Shown piece by piece: positions 1 to 13,534 of a stretch of 64,000 bases of DNA (the first letter of the stretch is position 1; each line of letters opens with the position of its first letter). The translations under genes were made by a program, and so were the position numbers. Below the pieces are notes generated by a model. The model ran no database searches. It was not told the origin of the DNA and worked only from the letters and a program-made list of their open reading frames with translations. The stretch is from Podarcis filfolensis (taxonomy: Eukaryota), in assembly GCA_964270895.1 (NCBI GenBank), contig OZ185441.1. One strand, 5' to 3'.

Positions 1-1815
1 TGAAATTTGTCCCATTCTAGAACTAAGTGATCTATTTGGTGGGCTGGGGGTGGGGGAAAATCCCACCCCAAGCCTGTCCCTGCCCCAGGCAGCACCCCTA
101 TAAGATTCATTTTATCTTCATCACCACCACAACCCATTTATCACCAGTGCATCTTCAAAGTCAGTGTGATTTACACTTCTGGGAAGGACTCTCCTCAAAC
201 AAAAAGCATTTTATGTATAAATCCAACTAACATTAATGACAAAGACCAGTAACTCCAGGGGGTGAAGTGGCTCAATGAATTTTCAGCCTGATTTGAAATG
301 TCATTAAAGACGTAAGCAATGTTATTTTCAAAAAGTTAAGGTACTGGCTTGGGAATAGTTAAAATTTGTGAAGTGCAAATGTGTTGAATCGCTATTGGAA
401 CCAGTATCAAGGATCACATTGCATCCCTACCAGAGACAGGAGATTTTAGCCTGTCACACACAAAAAACTCCTCTGGGACATGGCCAGGAAAGCCCAGCAC
501 CATGGTCATGTCAGTAGCACTTCAGTGATGAGATTTCCCATCACCAGAAAGGTTTATCTCCATTCTGTCATGAGCTGAAGCCTGGGTGAACAGGAGTAAC
601 CGAGTGTGCTTGAGTTGGACCCAGGAAATCCTGGCAGGTGCCGAGGTCTTCTAATTGGCAGAGCAAGTTTGCTGAAGTACTTGATTGGCACCATGGAGGT
701 CAGGGGTGTAGCCATATGCACACAGCTGATGGGAACTAAATTCTGGTAACAGCAGCATCATATTGCCTAATCACCCAGTCATTTTGTTTAATCAAAGGCA
801 CACCTTGGCAATGGGCTACTTTTGTAGCCCAGTTTTCAAGAATAAGTGACATAAAACCAACACAAGACTACCTAACTGTGATCTTATACTTAAAACTTCT
901 TCATATTTATGTTGATTTCCTACAGTATTTGCTTTCATTTGCATTAAAGTTCTTATTCAATGTTATGTTGCTTATTCATGTATTCAATAACAGAAATGCA
1001 GGGCAATGTCTATGACCACCCAACATTTTTATGTTTTAATTTATATTCAGATTACTTCTTCTGTTCAATATTATTATAGTTTCCAAAGCACTATGCACAA
1101 AGAACAGATCAAAGCCTAGTTCCTCAAATCGCATTCAAGTAGGCATTTACACACACCATAAAATTTGGTCAATGGCAAAAGTAACATAAAAAGCACAAGA
1201 AACACTGGTAATCCTACACAGCATTGCCTGAATAGAGATATATCCTGGCTATGTATTAATGCACAAAGGCACTTAAAGCTCCACAGCAAGGCAAGTGTTT
1301 GAAGCATTTATGTAACATTAATTTTGCTATCTTCACATTAATCTTATTTGATGGAACTTTTGGTCTTTGTAGAAGTACTGAATTTCCTGTTTTTGGAATT
1401 CAAAGGGTGATGTGTGAGGAAAATAAAAATGAACTTCCTGTGTTATGAATTGGAATTAATACATGAATGTAGGCTAAGCTATCACTTTGCTAGTCTATTT
1501 ATTATGTGGAACCCAGTGAATAATCCCTCTTGGATATATTGTGGTTAAGACTGATAACATATTATGAATGTAATTAATATCAGCACACAAAAGTTAATTG
1601 ATGCATTTCCCTTTTTCAGTTTGAATGATTTAATTAAATTTCCATGTGCTTAAAAAGAACCATATTTATGTCTACCAAACCAGATAATTTTCATTGTATA
1701 AGCAACTTTTTTTAAAAAAATATTATTCTTCAAATGTAAAAGCTATTATTCATTGTCTGCACAGATGGTGTCTAATAGGTGCTAAAATGAATCTTTGTTT
1801 CTCCTCCTCTCCTTA

Positions 1816-2070
<255 letters not shown>

Positions 2071-3401
2071 TTATAAAACCAATTCAGAATGTATCTTGAA
2101 TTTATTTTCATCTCTCACACACATCCATTTAGAGTAAAACAGAATGCTTATTGCCTCCATAGTGTCCCTGTCTCCATTTACAATGTCATTCCAGTTGGCT
2201 GCTTTGTGCTACACCTCATCCATTTTCTACTGCGAAACAGATTCAGAAGTAGCATTCATCTGTGACTAAACAATTTGCCTAGTAAAATACCTATTTAATA
2301 TATGCAGAAAGTTGCCAATATTGACTCCTCTGTAACACAAATAAAATGCTAGACATATTCATTCTGAAACACAAACAGGGACAGAACTGTGCAGTTCTGG
2401 ATAACACATTTGGAGAATGGCAAAGTCCTGTAGATGCTTTTGGACGACATGTTCCATCAGCTCCAACCAACACTGGTAATGGTTAGGTATGATGTGAATT
2501 GTAATCCAACCAAAAGTTTGTGGGTTTTTAAAAAAAAAATGGGAAAGCATTCAGCCATGTGATATATCACATGCAATGCAAGGTCATAAAGTCCATGAAT
2601 TACCATGTCATCTGCTGTTTGTGTAGACTACCTTTTAGATGTAAGATGGAGAGGAACTGTCAGGATAGCTTTTCATCAACACCAAACTGGATGACATCCT
2701 GTGCGACCACAAATAATCTTCAGGCGAAAGCGCCCATCTAATATTCAGCCACCATTTTAATTAAAAATAGATGGTTCTAGAAATGCTAGGTCCTCTGAAG
2801 GGATTATTAAATATCTGGGGCTGCATTTAGGAGATGTTCTAGATTTCATTATTTTACCTTCAGTATGTGTCAGCACAGGGTAAGGATTAGGAAAAACCAA
2901 ACATATAAATCCACATCCTTATCCTGTTTATCTTTTTCACTACAAGTGGATCCAAAGAAGCAAATAAGGTATTTAACAACTGCCACATCCTTCTCAGTTC
3001 TCAGGAGAGAAAAGGCACAACCCCCAGGCATAAGGTAGATCTTGGTAAAACATTATGACTCTTGTGCTTTGTTTTGCATAGCAGGCTGGCCCATACCACC
3101 CCACATCCCAGAAAGGATCGCTGTGTCAAATGAGACAGTGCAGAGTAAATAGGATGAGAAACGTTCTGCAATGTATTAACTAAGAATTTACAAATGGTCA
3201 AATCTCTCCTCCTAGTTTAATTAATATATACTATTTCTTGCTTGTTGTGATAAAAGTAACCGGAGTTATAAACGTAGCAGGTGAAAACATTTTGGTGAAA
3301 GCTCTGGAAGAGGTTGAGGTCCTTTTGAAGTGAAACTGTGGTAAGCTGATTTTCCAAGAAGGGCATCATTCTGAGTGACCAGCTTTCATAATGGCCTAGA
3401 C

Positions 3402-3531
3402 CTGGGATAGGCAACCTGATGCCCTCCAGATGTTATGAACTACAACTCCCATCAGCCTCAGCCAAGCATGGCCAATGGTTAGTAATGATGGCAGCTCAGA
3501 ATGATGGAGGGCACCAGGTTACATACCTCTG
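3402..3531. mobile_element. Degenerate palindromic hAT-like MITE
   Basis: ggataggcaacctg...ccctccagatgtt...actacaactcccatca...ggagggcaccaggtt; same family as 3546-3681. Confidence 0.65.
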
Positions 3532-3545
3532 GTGTCAGTGTCGAG

Positions 3546-3681
3546 CAGGCATGGGCAAACTCCAGCCCTCCAGATGTTTGGGACTACAACTCCCATCATC
3601 CCTAGCTAACAGGACCAGTGGGCAGGGATGATGGGAACTGTAGTCCCAAACACTTGGAGGGCCGGAGTTTGCCTATGCCTG
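3546..3681. mobile_element. Near-perfect palindromic hAT-like MITE
   Basis: ~58-bp inverted arms starting CAGGCAT(G/A)GGCAAACT, about 6 mismatches, ~20-bp spacer. Confidence 0.85.
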
Positions 3682-4479
3682 TTTTAGAGCCACAGAAAGG
3701 AAGGGAGTATTGGGACTCCTAAGGTTGTGTTGGAACTCCAAGGGATTATGCCTGAAAGACTCTCATGTGGCTCTCAAGAAGATAGGATACATACTCAATG
3801 GCTCAAAATAATGAATCCATCTAGGTGTACTTTGCAGAATGTATTGAATGGAGGTGGTTCCTGCAGTGCTAACTCTGATTACCCTGAGATCAGCTGTCCC
3901 TGTGAAAAACTGCTTAATGCTTCTGACAAGTGAGCACAGTTGCAGACACTCTTTTGCCTCTCTAAATAAGGTGACAACCTGTGCATGGAGAGCCCTGCTT
4001 GCACAATGTGAAGAAGGATGCCAATAATGTTTTGTGCCCCAATATAAACCACGGAGGTGGCATGCAGGGCCTGGGCCAGAGCTCTTAGAAGCTGAGAACA
4101 ATTGTAGAGAATGATACTTTCTCCCTAGCAGAAAATGAAGGAAAGGGTCCCAAGTCATCCCATGTCTTGAATTTTGATCTGTGCTGTTTTTGTACTGCCT
4201 GAATTCTCTTCCCTTTAGCTTTTAGGTGCCTTGCTGGTCCTTTTGATAACTCAAAAGCCAAATGGTCAGTCTCTCTCTTTCTGCCCAAGGCTGGTAACAT
4301 GACTGACGCTCTGTGGCCTTCCATGTATTGACCCTGGTTTCCCAGCAGCATCAAGGCCTTTTCTCCAAGAGGGAAGCCTGCGTCATCCACAATGGCCTCT
4401 GTGGGCCTTTTGTGTGAAAACCCTGGCAGATCAGATATCTTTCAGCACTATGCTTCTTGCCAAGGCAGATGGCATAGAC

Positions 4480-4722
4480 CAGGGGTCAGCAGGGGGCCGG
4501 CCACTGTCCCTCAGACCTTGTGGGGGGCCAGACTATATTTTGGGGGGAAAAGAGAAAAAGAATTGAATTCCTATGCCCCACAAATAGCCCAGAGATGCAT
4601 TTTAAATAAAAGCACCCATTCTACTCATGTAAAAACACACTGATTCCCGGACCGTCTCAGGGCTGGATTTAGAAGGTGATTGGGCTGGATCTGGCCCCCG
4701 GGCCTTAGTTTGCCTACCCATG
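4480..4722. mobile_element. hAT-like non-autonomous DNA transposon
   Basis: Starts caggggtcagc, ends ggccttagtttgcctacccatg, termini typical of squamate hAT MITEs; no clean TSD. Confidence 0.7.
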
Positions 4723-6183
4723 CCTTTGGTGGATGAAACTTTCTTTCTAGACTACTGGCACTTCCTGAAAGTAACCACTGCACCACATATATAGTGAATG
4801 TTTGCGTGTGGTGTTTTTTAATGCTGTAATATGTAGTGTCTTTAGCAAAGCTTCTTGACAGGGCTGACACTTTTGGGGAGATGCACCAGCTGAAATTCAT
4901 ACTGATAAAATTATTAAAATTCATCTACTTATAGGTACAGGGTCACATAGTGAAAAGTTAAACAAAGAAAATTAAAAATATTTCTGTTTAGTACACTGTT
5001 ATACATTTCACACAGAATTTTTTTTTACTCTTAAGGATTTTGTTGCAATGCTCAGAAAACAAAAAGAAATCACATTTCTAAAACTGCGTATAGCCAATTA
5101 TTTTACCCTAAAAAATATCTGTTGTGGTCTAAATGTTTTGAGAACTGAAGCGTGAACCTTAATGGACAGCTTTCAGTAATTAAAATACTCACTCTTCGTC
5201 TCTGCTTTTATTTAACTGCACAAGCTCCATTAAGTTTTCCCCCTTTTATATTTTACACTAATACTTCTCCAAAAGAACTATTCAGATTTAATCTTAAGGG
5301 CAAATATGATATGTAGATATTAAAGCATCCAATGGTCTCTGATAGGATATAGACTTCAACGCTATGTTCTTCACTCCGAAGTGAACTATTCCATTATCTA
5401 AGGCTGCTACACGTAGCCTAGTATAAAGCAAAACTGAACACTTTTCAACCCAGAACCTGACCCATAACATTGATGGGATCATGGACCAAACACCATGAGT
5501 TTATAAGTCCTTTGGTATCTATTATTTGCTACAGATGTATCATTATTTGCTAGAGATGCTCAGTGGAAGAGAATGAGAGAAGGAAAAGCTGGCTTCCTCC
5601 CACTGCTATGACTCATTTTCAGATTTGTCATTCAGCACACACATTATATACTAAGTGCTGGTAGAAGCCTCAATTTAAAGGCAAAAAGCATCATTTCTCC
5701 TAGTGACCATCTTCCCATGTGGTTTTCATGGCTCTGTACCATCTCTGAAAACAAGCACCTTTGCCTGTGATTATACTAGTGAAGGATAGGAGGTGAAGTG
5801 AGCTTATTATCCCCATTTAGTACTCCCAAGTGTTCTGCAGCCAACTTTAATTGTTATTTAATGATTATGTCTGCCTCCAGAAGGATCAAATAGAAGTTGG
5901 GGAAAGCTCATGGAAGCAATCAATAACCCTGCCTTCTCCTTACAAAGGAAAGAATTAGCCTCTTTTGATGCTCTGGGTTGCTGCTTCCAAACACATAGAA
6001 ATGTGTAAAATGTGATGTTCTGTCTTGCATCTGGAATGAATCTGAAATAAGTTGAGAGCCCCGGTTTTGGATAGTGGGAAAGTATTGGGAAGAAATGTCA
6101 ATATTTGGGTCCAGAACAAATCTTGTTGCTGGTCTCAGTATATGCACACAAAGACTTTTCTGGATTATTTCCAAGACTTTCTA

Positions 6184-6441
<258 letters not shown>

Positions 6442-6465
6442 TCAGATTACTACTGTTTTATAAAC

Positions 6466-6576
6466 ACATGGGGACCCTGTGGTCCTTCACAACTTCATTC
6501 ATCCCTGATCATTGGTCATGAGGCTGATGGGAGCTGGAGTACAGTAACATCTGGAGGGCCAAAGGTTCTCAATCTG
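6466..6576. mobile_element. Degenerate palindromic hAT-like MITE
   Basis: Right arm gatgggagctggagt...acatctggagggccaaaggtt resembles the 3546-3681 family. Confidence 0.55.
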
Positions 6577-7309
6577 TTTTAGAAAGTGCATGAAATTAGT
6601 ACATTCAATACTAATGGCTGATTTGCATTTTAAAGATCTCAAGCATGGTAAGGAGAAGAAAACTACTGGATGCACATGTCTTTGTAAAGTCTAAATGGTC
6701 AAATGCAAATCTGACATATACTGTATGTTGGTGACTTGTGAAAGTCAGTTGATAGTTCACAACACTCAACTAGTGTGATGTATCAGTGGAGTATGAGGAG
6801 CCCCAGTGAAGTCTTCAGAGATTTCCGACTCCCAGCAGAATAGCTTCTTCCAGAGTCTCTGGTTAAGGGACTAACTTCTCTCCCACCCACATCAAAGCAG
6901 CACAGGGTTTATTGTGTCCAGCCACAAGACAAAGCTAAACACTACTATCTACGATATACAGTCCTTCTGGTCTTTGAAGTAAAGATACATATGTACAGAG
7001 AGATGTACTAACACTATCACCATGGTAGCTATGTAGACTCCAGTTAATTCTGAATCTGATCCCTTGTGAAGATAACTTTCAAAAAGAGGCCATGAACTGA
7101 AACTCTGCCATGGAATGATCAACTGCTCACCATTTCCAAATGCAAATAAATCACCTTATAGTTGTGATGAAAGCACTTCAGAAGCTACAATGAGTGTAGA
7201 AACGAAGTAAACTAGTTAACCCATGTGATGACCTGCCACTCATGCGAAACAAAATATTCCATTAAGGGGTTACTAGCTTCAGCATGTCAGTGGCGATCAC
7301 AGTATACTG

Positions 7310-7665
7310 TGGAGTGCCTTTTCCCACAAGAACCAAGCAAGGCTTTGTGATTATAATCTGAGGCCTTTCTTTGTGTGCCTCGTCCATGAGAAGTCTGGAG
7401 GATGGCAACATGAAAACAGGCATTTTCTGCAGCTCCGTTTGTGGAATGTTCTCCTCAGGGAGGCTTGCTTGGCGCCTTCGTTACATATCTTTAGGCTTCC
7501 AGGCCTTTGGCTAATTAAATAGTCCATGGCTTTTTAAACTGGGGACGGGGACGGGTAATTGTTTTCATTTGTTATCAAGGTGTGTATTTTTGTGTTTTTA
7601 TATTGTGAACAGCCCTGTGACCCTCAAATGAAGGGTCCTATAGAAATTTAATAAATAATAATAAT
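7310..7665 (+). mobile_element. LINE 3' end (L2-like)
   Basis: tgtggaatgttctcctcagggagg...ccaggcctttggct...tgtgaacagccctg...aataaataataataa tail. Confidence 0.65.
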
Positions 7666-7813
7666 AGTTCTCGACGGACTATTAGTAGACCACCTGCAGC
7701 CACACAAATCTATAGCCTATCCTTTGGAAAGACCCTATCAGTTGAAACATGTATCTTTGCATCTTACTTTATGAGGCACTACATATCACTGGTCACATGG
7801 CCCCAAGACTTAC

Positions 7814-8047
7814 CGAGTAGTATGATGATGCAGAGGAGAATTGCAATGATGGCCCCTGTGCCCAGCCCTGCACCTACAATCCTGTCGGCATCAGTGCAGT
7901 CTCCATTTAAATCACATTGGCAAACTTTCACCTTCAAAATAGACGTGCTGGACTTGGGAGGATTCCCAGAATCTGTTATTATTATTGGAACATCATAGAT
8001 GCCAGCCTCAAGGTACTTGATCCTCAAAGCCAGTTGGGCTCGGTCAC
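7814..8047 (-). CDS. CDH2: CDH2 exon 13 equivalent (EC5, start of TM), 234 nt
   Basis: [78 protein letters not shown]; cAG/GTAAG. Confidence 0.98.
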
Positions 8048-8547
8048 CTGAACAAGAAAACAAGCTATGTAAATATGCTTTATGTGGACATGAAATGTCT
8101 GGAGAAATGTCTGTTCTAGGACCTCTTTCAGAACTGCATCTGAAGTTATTTTCAAGTGCACTTCTACCTAAACGTAGGTAGTGGCCCTCAGTTTTCCACT
8201 AAGTTATAGTCAGAGTATGTGGATTCTAACCTTTTAAGTCAGTCTCTCTGATGCCACAAACAGAATTAGGGAGCAATCCTAAGTTTGCAGAACCAGTGTT
8301 AAGCCGGCATAATGAACACCAGTTCCAAACTCTGCTCACAGCTCACACAAACTCTGCTAAGCTAGCCTAAGCCAGGTAGAAGGAAAACAAACCTTTAAAA
8401 GAGTGTTTGACTTACACCACCCTTTTCGCTTCAATTAAATTACATTGGGTTGCCAGGTCACGAGCCCAAGCAGATGGGGAACTAGCTACTGAACATAACC
8501 CCCAAAAGATGCAAATATTCATTTTTCAAAAAACCAATGCACATTAC

Positions 8548-8781
8548 CACTAATACGAATAATGGTCCAGTTATTCCTAACACTGGAAGGATGATGTGGC
8601 AGTTCAAAGGCAAAGGGCCCGGCATTTGGATCAATGTCATCGTCTATGGCTGTGATGTTTGTTGCATTGGGTTGCAGTGTTTGACAAGTTGTGGCTTCTT
8701 GAGGATCCACTCGGGGAGCATTATCATTGATGTCGAGGAGATAGATTTGAAGTGTGCCAGTCCCACTCATTGGAGGGATTC
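8548..8781 (-). CDS. CDH2: CDH2 exon 12 equivalent (EC4-EC5), 234 nt
   Basis: [78 protein letters not shown]; aAG/GTAATG. Confidence 0.97.
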
Positions 8782-9029
8782 CTTATAGAACAAGGAAAAG
8801 TAACATTAGCCTGCTTTCTACTAAAAAGGGGTTACATTAAAAAGGGGGTTACATTATTTATTGCACATATACCAACACATGAATTATGAGTGCGCATGAT
8901 AATATTAATTATATAGATTTGTTGCAAAGAGTTGACTTTGCTCTGCAAAATTAGGGTTGTGTTGAAACTAGGAAAGGGGATAGGAACTCTTTGAAAAGAT
9001 TTTCACCTCACTGCAAAAAATACCTTGTG

Positions 9030-9178
9030 GAATCATAGAATCGTTGAGTTGGGAGTGACCCTGAGGATCATTTAGTCCAATGCCCTGCAATGTAGGAATA
9101 TTCAGCTGCCCTACACAGAGATTCAACCTGCAGCCTTGGTGTTATCAGCACCACACTCTAGCCAACTGAGCTATCCAG
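9030..9178 (-). mobile_element. tRNA-Ile-headed SINE with CR1-derived tail
   Basis: Minus strand: GGATAGCTCAGTTGG A-box, anticodon arm TGGTG-CTGATAA-CACCA, then a ~75-nt tail ending attctatgattc shared with the CR1 at 59763. Confidence 0.8.
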
Positions 9179-9616
9179 GCTTCCAACATTGACAATTTTT
9201 CCAGAGTGGGAGCAAACAAGTGTGCTAATTCAGAATGAAGGCAAGTGAGCACAAAAATAAAATGGAAGCTTGGTATCTCTGATAACGAAAAAAAAAGCAG
9301 CTAGCTGGCACTGCAAAAACAATAAAAGCAACACCTGCCTATGAACAGGAAATAGCAAGCAAGCAGTTCAGACTGTTGCTGGATGGGCCACACTATTAGG
9401 TTGCAATTGAGAGGTCCTATGCAGCATGGGAAGGTAAGGAGACATCTAAAGTGTGGGGAGAATGATTGGAGAAGAGGCTTTAGGTGGCTGTTGGCAAATC
9501 AAAATAAAGAGCAAGTATCAACAAAGGTGGACAACCATTTTGTCCTCAAGGGCCATATGTGGAGGTCAACAGGTGGTTGGGGGATGTGTTGATGGAACTG
9601 GCTATAGGTGTGGCTT

Positions 9617-9617
<1 letters not shown>

Positions 9618-9668
<51 letters not shown>
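9618..9668. repeat. (CA)n microsatellite
   Basis: Direct reading. Confidence 0.99.
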
Positions 9669-9669
<1 letters not shown>

Positions 9670-10084
9670 CCTTTACTTCTCCCTTCCCCCTCCATCTTAA
9701 AAAGTCCTCCAGCATGTTCCTATGCTGCCTCTCTCACCTTTATGCACTTTTCCAAACTGAGATAGGCACCATAGGTGCAAGGGACGATGAGCCCTGGAAA
9801 CATACTTAGAGCTGAAGCTGTTGCAAATGTTAGTCTATGGAGTTCTGCACACTGAGGACCTGCAGATAAGGGTGAGGAAGGTGGCCAAGGGATATGCAGG
9901 GGGACAGGGAGGCCCAGAAGGCTGCAGGTTGTTCGCAACGGATCTATTTAACACCTGTACAGAAAGAGTCTTTTGTGTACTACACTCTATTATGATGCTA
10001 TGCTTTAGTGCATATTTATATCAATATTTTAGCGTGCCCCCCTCTGGTGAAAAAGCAAACAAACCTTTGACATTAGGTACATAC

Positions 10085-10227
10085 CATTGTCTGAGGCAAG
10101 GAAAGTAGCATTATACATGTTGTTTTTCACATGTGGTGACTCTCTGTCCAGAACACCAATTGTTGTTACCTGACCATTAATGGAATCAATCTTTAGCCAA
10201 TTAGCAGGATCTGAGAGTTTTGAGTAC
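10085..10227 (-). CDS. CDH2: CDH2 exon 11 equivalent (EC4), 143 nt
   Basis: [47 protein letters not shown]; cAG/GTATG. Confidence 0.98.
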
Positions 10228-11626
10228 CTGCAGAAATTTAACAAAAACACACACACCACATTGATTTCCAATGTGCTTTATAAAATGAAGAAGAGAAAAG
10301 AAGGGCTCGTCTCAAGACCAGATGGTTGTTAAGGATTTATACAGATTCTGCTGATCAAGAGTCTGCCTTTTTTTTTTGCATTCTTAGATATACACACTGG
10401 GTGAATGCTGTATAATATTTAAAAGACTTGCCTTGAAAGCATTATATAACTATTTTACATAAATGTTACATCACTGGCTATCTCTGATGAATTATTAAAC
10501 TACATTATTTGTTTGTTTTGCAAATGCTGTTCCCACTGCATTTTGATATAAATACCAGCTGCTTGGGACTGGGTTAAGGGTTAGTGGGACTCCAATCCAC
10601 AAAGTTTTTAAAAGCCCTCATTTACAGATAACCTTTCTGCTCCACTGAAACACATTCAACCTAGACTGAACCCAACTGAAAGACAGTGTGATGTTTCGAG
10701 CAGCGCTAATGCTTCAAGCAGGTTCCTGGCAAGGAAAGGTGAAACTATAATATGGAAGGAGGGAAAGGTGACAAACAAACAAAATTAGAGAAAGATGGAC
10801 TAATGGAAGAGAAGTACCTAGCTCTTAATGTGCTTCTTTGTAATCATGGCAAGTTTCTCAAATGGTATGCAAGTTTCCCTTATTCAGGGGAACATGTGCA
10901 AACATACATCCAATCTTATCCCATGGTTCACATCAGTCTGATCTGATAAACCACTGTGTGGCTGCTATAGTATGTTCGATTGGGTGCAAGAATCCCAGCA
11001 CCTATATACAAGGTAACAGAGCAGATGCTGGCCCTGTTGCCTACCCTCTAAGCCTTGCAAAAGAACAGGCATGTCATGCTAGGGCTACTTCACCGGTAGG
11101 GAAACCAGAAGGCAGCATTTCCTCTGATCCTGTTGCACAATTTCTTATGAAGCATGCTAAGCGTTCAGCTGCACAGACTAAGCAGCTGTTGGAAATGGCT
11201 GGAGATAATGAGGACATTCATGTATCTGTCCTAGAATTCCAACTCAGCTGGCTGTTAGGTATTTAAGCAGAAGGCAGCCTAATTAGCATGACGGCTAACC
11301 TGTTTAAAGTTAATCCATTTTGAGGCTTGCTATGCTATCAAGGCCCAAGATGACACAGGGGGGCATGCAGTGAGCCAGTGGAGAGAACAGGCTTCAGAGT
11401 ACTGAAAGCACCGAGCCTTGCTATTTCCAGCCCCCCACATTTTCTGCAATTCTACCCAGGGTTTGTGCAGGTGGGCACACTGGACTAAATGCAATGGGGC
11501 GAGCGTTGCCTTTTAACTGCCTGGTTCCGGCAGTGCTACAAGGTTCATGCATAGAGATTTTGATGCATCAGGTTCTCACGTACAGAGATTTATAAAGGTA
11601 TAAGGCCGTTGCAGGCCCTACTGTAC

Positions 11627-11883
11627 CTTAGAGTAGTCTGCTGCATGTAACGATCAGGGTCCTGAGCAGTGAAGGACGTTAAGACCTTGCCAGCAAGTAG
11701 CCCTTCCTCCTGACGCACGAGCTTTGTGACTGGGACAAAAATCGGGCTCTCATTCACATCAATAACTGTAATGGATACAGTCGCCGTTGATTGAGGAGGA
11801 TGCTGAATTCCTTTTGCCAAAGGCACTTGGTTTTCTGCAGCTACTGTCAGTACAAACATCCTATTGGTCTCAAAATCAATAGG
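11627..11883 (-). CDS. CDH2: CDH2 exon 10 equivalent (EC3-EC4), 257 nt
   Basis: [47 protein letters not shown]...[12 protein letters not shown]; cAG/GTACAG. Confidence 0.97.
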
Positions 11884-13125
11884 CTGGCAAAAGCAAAATG
11901 AGAACTATGTTAGTAGTTGCATTTGTCATGGGGCTGCAGAATTTTTCAACATTTTAAGCAGACAGTTTATCAGACATGTTGGGGGGTAAAAACATTTATT
12001 TATGGCCTACAAGGAAAATATTGCAGCTTCTTGAAGTAATTTCTGTCTTTAGGGAATTGTAACTGAAAACACAGGGGCCATGAGCACTGGTCTCAAACTT
12101 GCTCCTGAAAATTAAATTGCCTCTTCCATTGTGTTGTGTCCTCCTTCAGGGCTGCACTTCTTGGGGGGGGGATGCTTGCCCTTAGATCTGCACTGATTTT
12201 GATGGACCCTGGGTATTAAATATTCTGCTATATCTAGGGGTATAACAAATTATCATTAATATTTGCCTTTTTCGGACAATGGGATTTGCAAAACGAAACT
12301 TTAAAAGCAACCTAAAGTATACCTAAAACAAACTTAACTACTTCAGAATCCTGTAAGTTTCTTTAAGATTATAACTGCATTATGGCACCTTGGGCTAAAG
12401 AACGGCTGAATATATTTTCTCCCTACACAGCTTATGCTGCTGAAATCAAGGCATGGAAATTTTTCATGGAAACTGGCAAAGGATTGCTTACTACAATACA
12501 TCTCCATCAGGAATCATTAAACTGGATTAGAGCTAATAAGGGCTTAGCACTTCTCTTGGGAGATTCCACAACATTTAATTTATTTACCTAGTTTTACCTT
12601 TCCCCCCCCCTCTATTCTGACAGTTTTAAAATAAAGAATTTAATTTGAAACAAACTGAGCTGCTGCAAGCAGATTATACTCTGGAGGCTTTAATTTGCTT
12701 CTCTTTGGTTTGATTTCAGTGTCTCTGTTCTGTTTTCCATTTCAGAGCATTCTAGTTTGGAACTGCGAGTACATCATTTGCACACGAATACAAAACACAT
12801 CATCACGTGCTGCTTACTGGCAGAACCTGATACAATTGGTACCCTTGGAAATGTGCAGCTACAGAGTCTAGAAACATGTGGAACAATGGCTGTGGCTCTC
12901 TTAGAGCATAATTCACATTCCACTAAAAAAAAAAAGTATTCAATTTTCATGGTTCAAAAATGTATATTCTATTGAAAATCATAAGGATGCCTATAATATC
13001 CTACTTATTTGTAATTTTCAATGCTTGAATGCTGGCATGAGCCATAAGAGTCCATGCTGAGATGACAATTTAGGTGTATGAAAATAGAGAAGGTCAGAGG
13101 ACTGTTCCCACTATCATACACAGAC

Positions 13126-13268
13126 NNNNNNNNNNNNNNNNNNNNNNNNNNNNNNNNNNNNNNNNNNNNNNNNNNNNNNNNNNNNNNNNNNNNNNNNNNN
13201 NNNNNNNNNNNNNNNNNNNNNNNNNNNNNNNNNNNNNNNNNNNNNNNNNNNNNNNNNNNNNNNNNNNN
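13126..13268. other. Assembly gap (143 N) in CDH2 intron 9
   Basis: Run of n. Confidence 0.99.
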
Positions 13269-13534
13269 GCCTGCTGCTTTTTAGCACCTGAGCATGTACA
13301 AATGCAAATGTAGCCTTTAAATACTGGGCTGTAGCCTTTTAACCATTGGTCTTCAGAGGTTCCAACTACACATGATAGTGGTAGACTGGCTTGTTAAATT
13401 GGTGAGTCTAATTTTAAGAGCAAAATCAGCTCTCGGGTGGAGAGGGCTGTTGGTTTTCCTCTCCAATCTCTGTCATCCAGACTCCATCCCTTCAATCACA
13501 CTCTGCTAGTGGAAGGAAACACTAGTAGGGCCAA

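Noticed and set aside
2700-2745. GGCGAAAGCGCC mini-hairpin and scattered CTGATGA motifs (10484, 20970, 51636) as possible hammerhead ribozyme cores
   Set aside because: No CUGAUGA plus stem II plus GAAA plus cleavage-site arrangement can be assembled
8822-8855. Short tandem duplication (taaaaaggggttacat x2) upstream of exon 12
   Set aside because: Ordinary slippage duplication, about 40 nt from the acceptor, with no evident effect
9100-9178. tRNA-Ile(GAT)- and tRNA-Lys(CTT)-like sequences (also 44100-44160 and 61040-61120)
   Set aside because: Acceptor stems and T-arms are degenerate and each is fused to a CR1 tail: SINE heads, not tRNA genes
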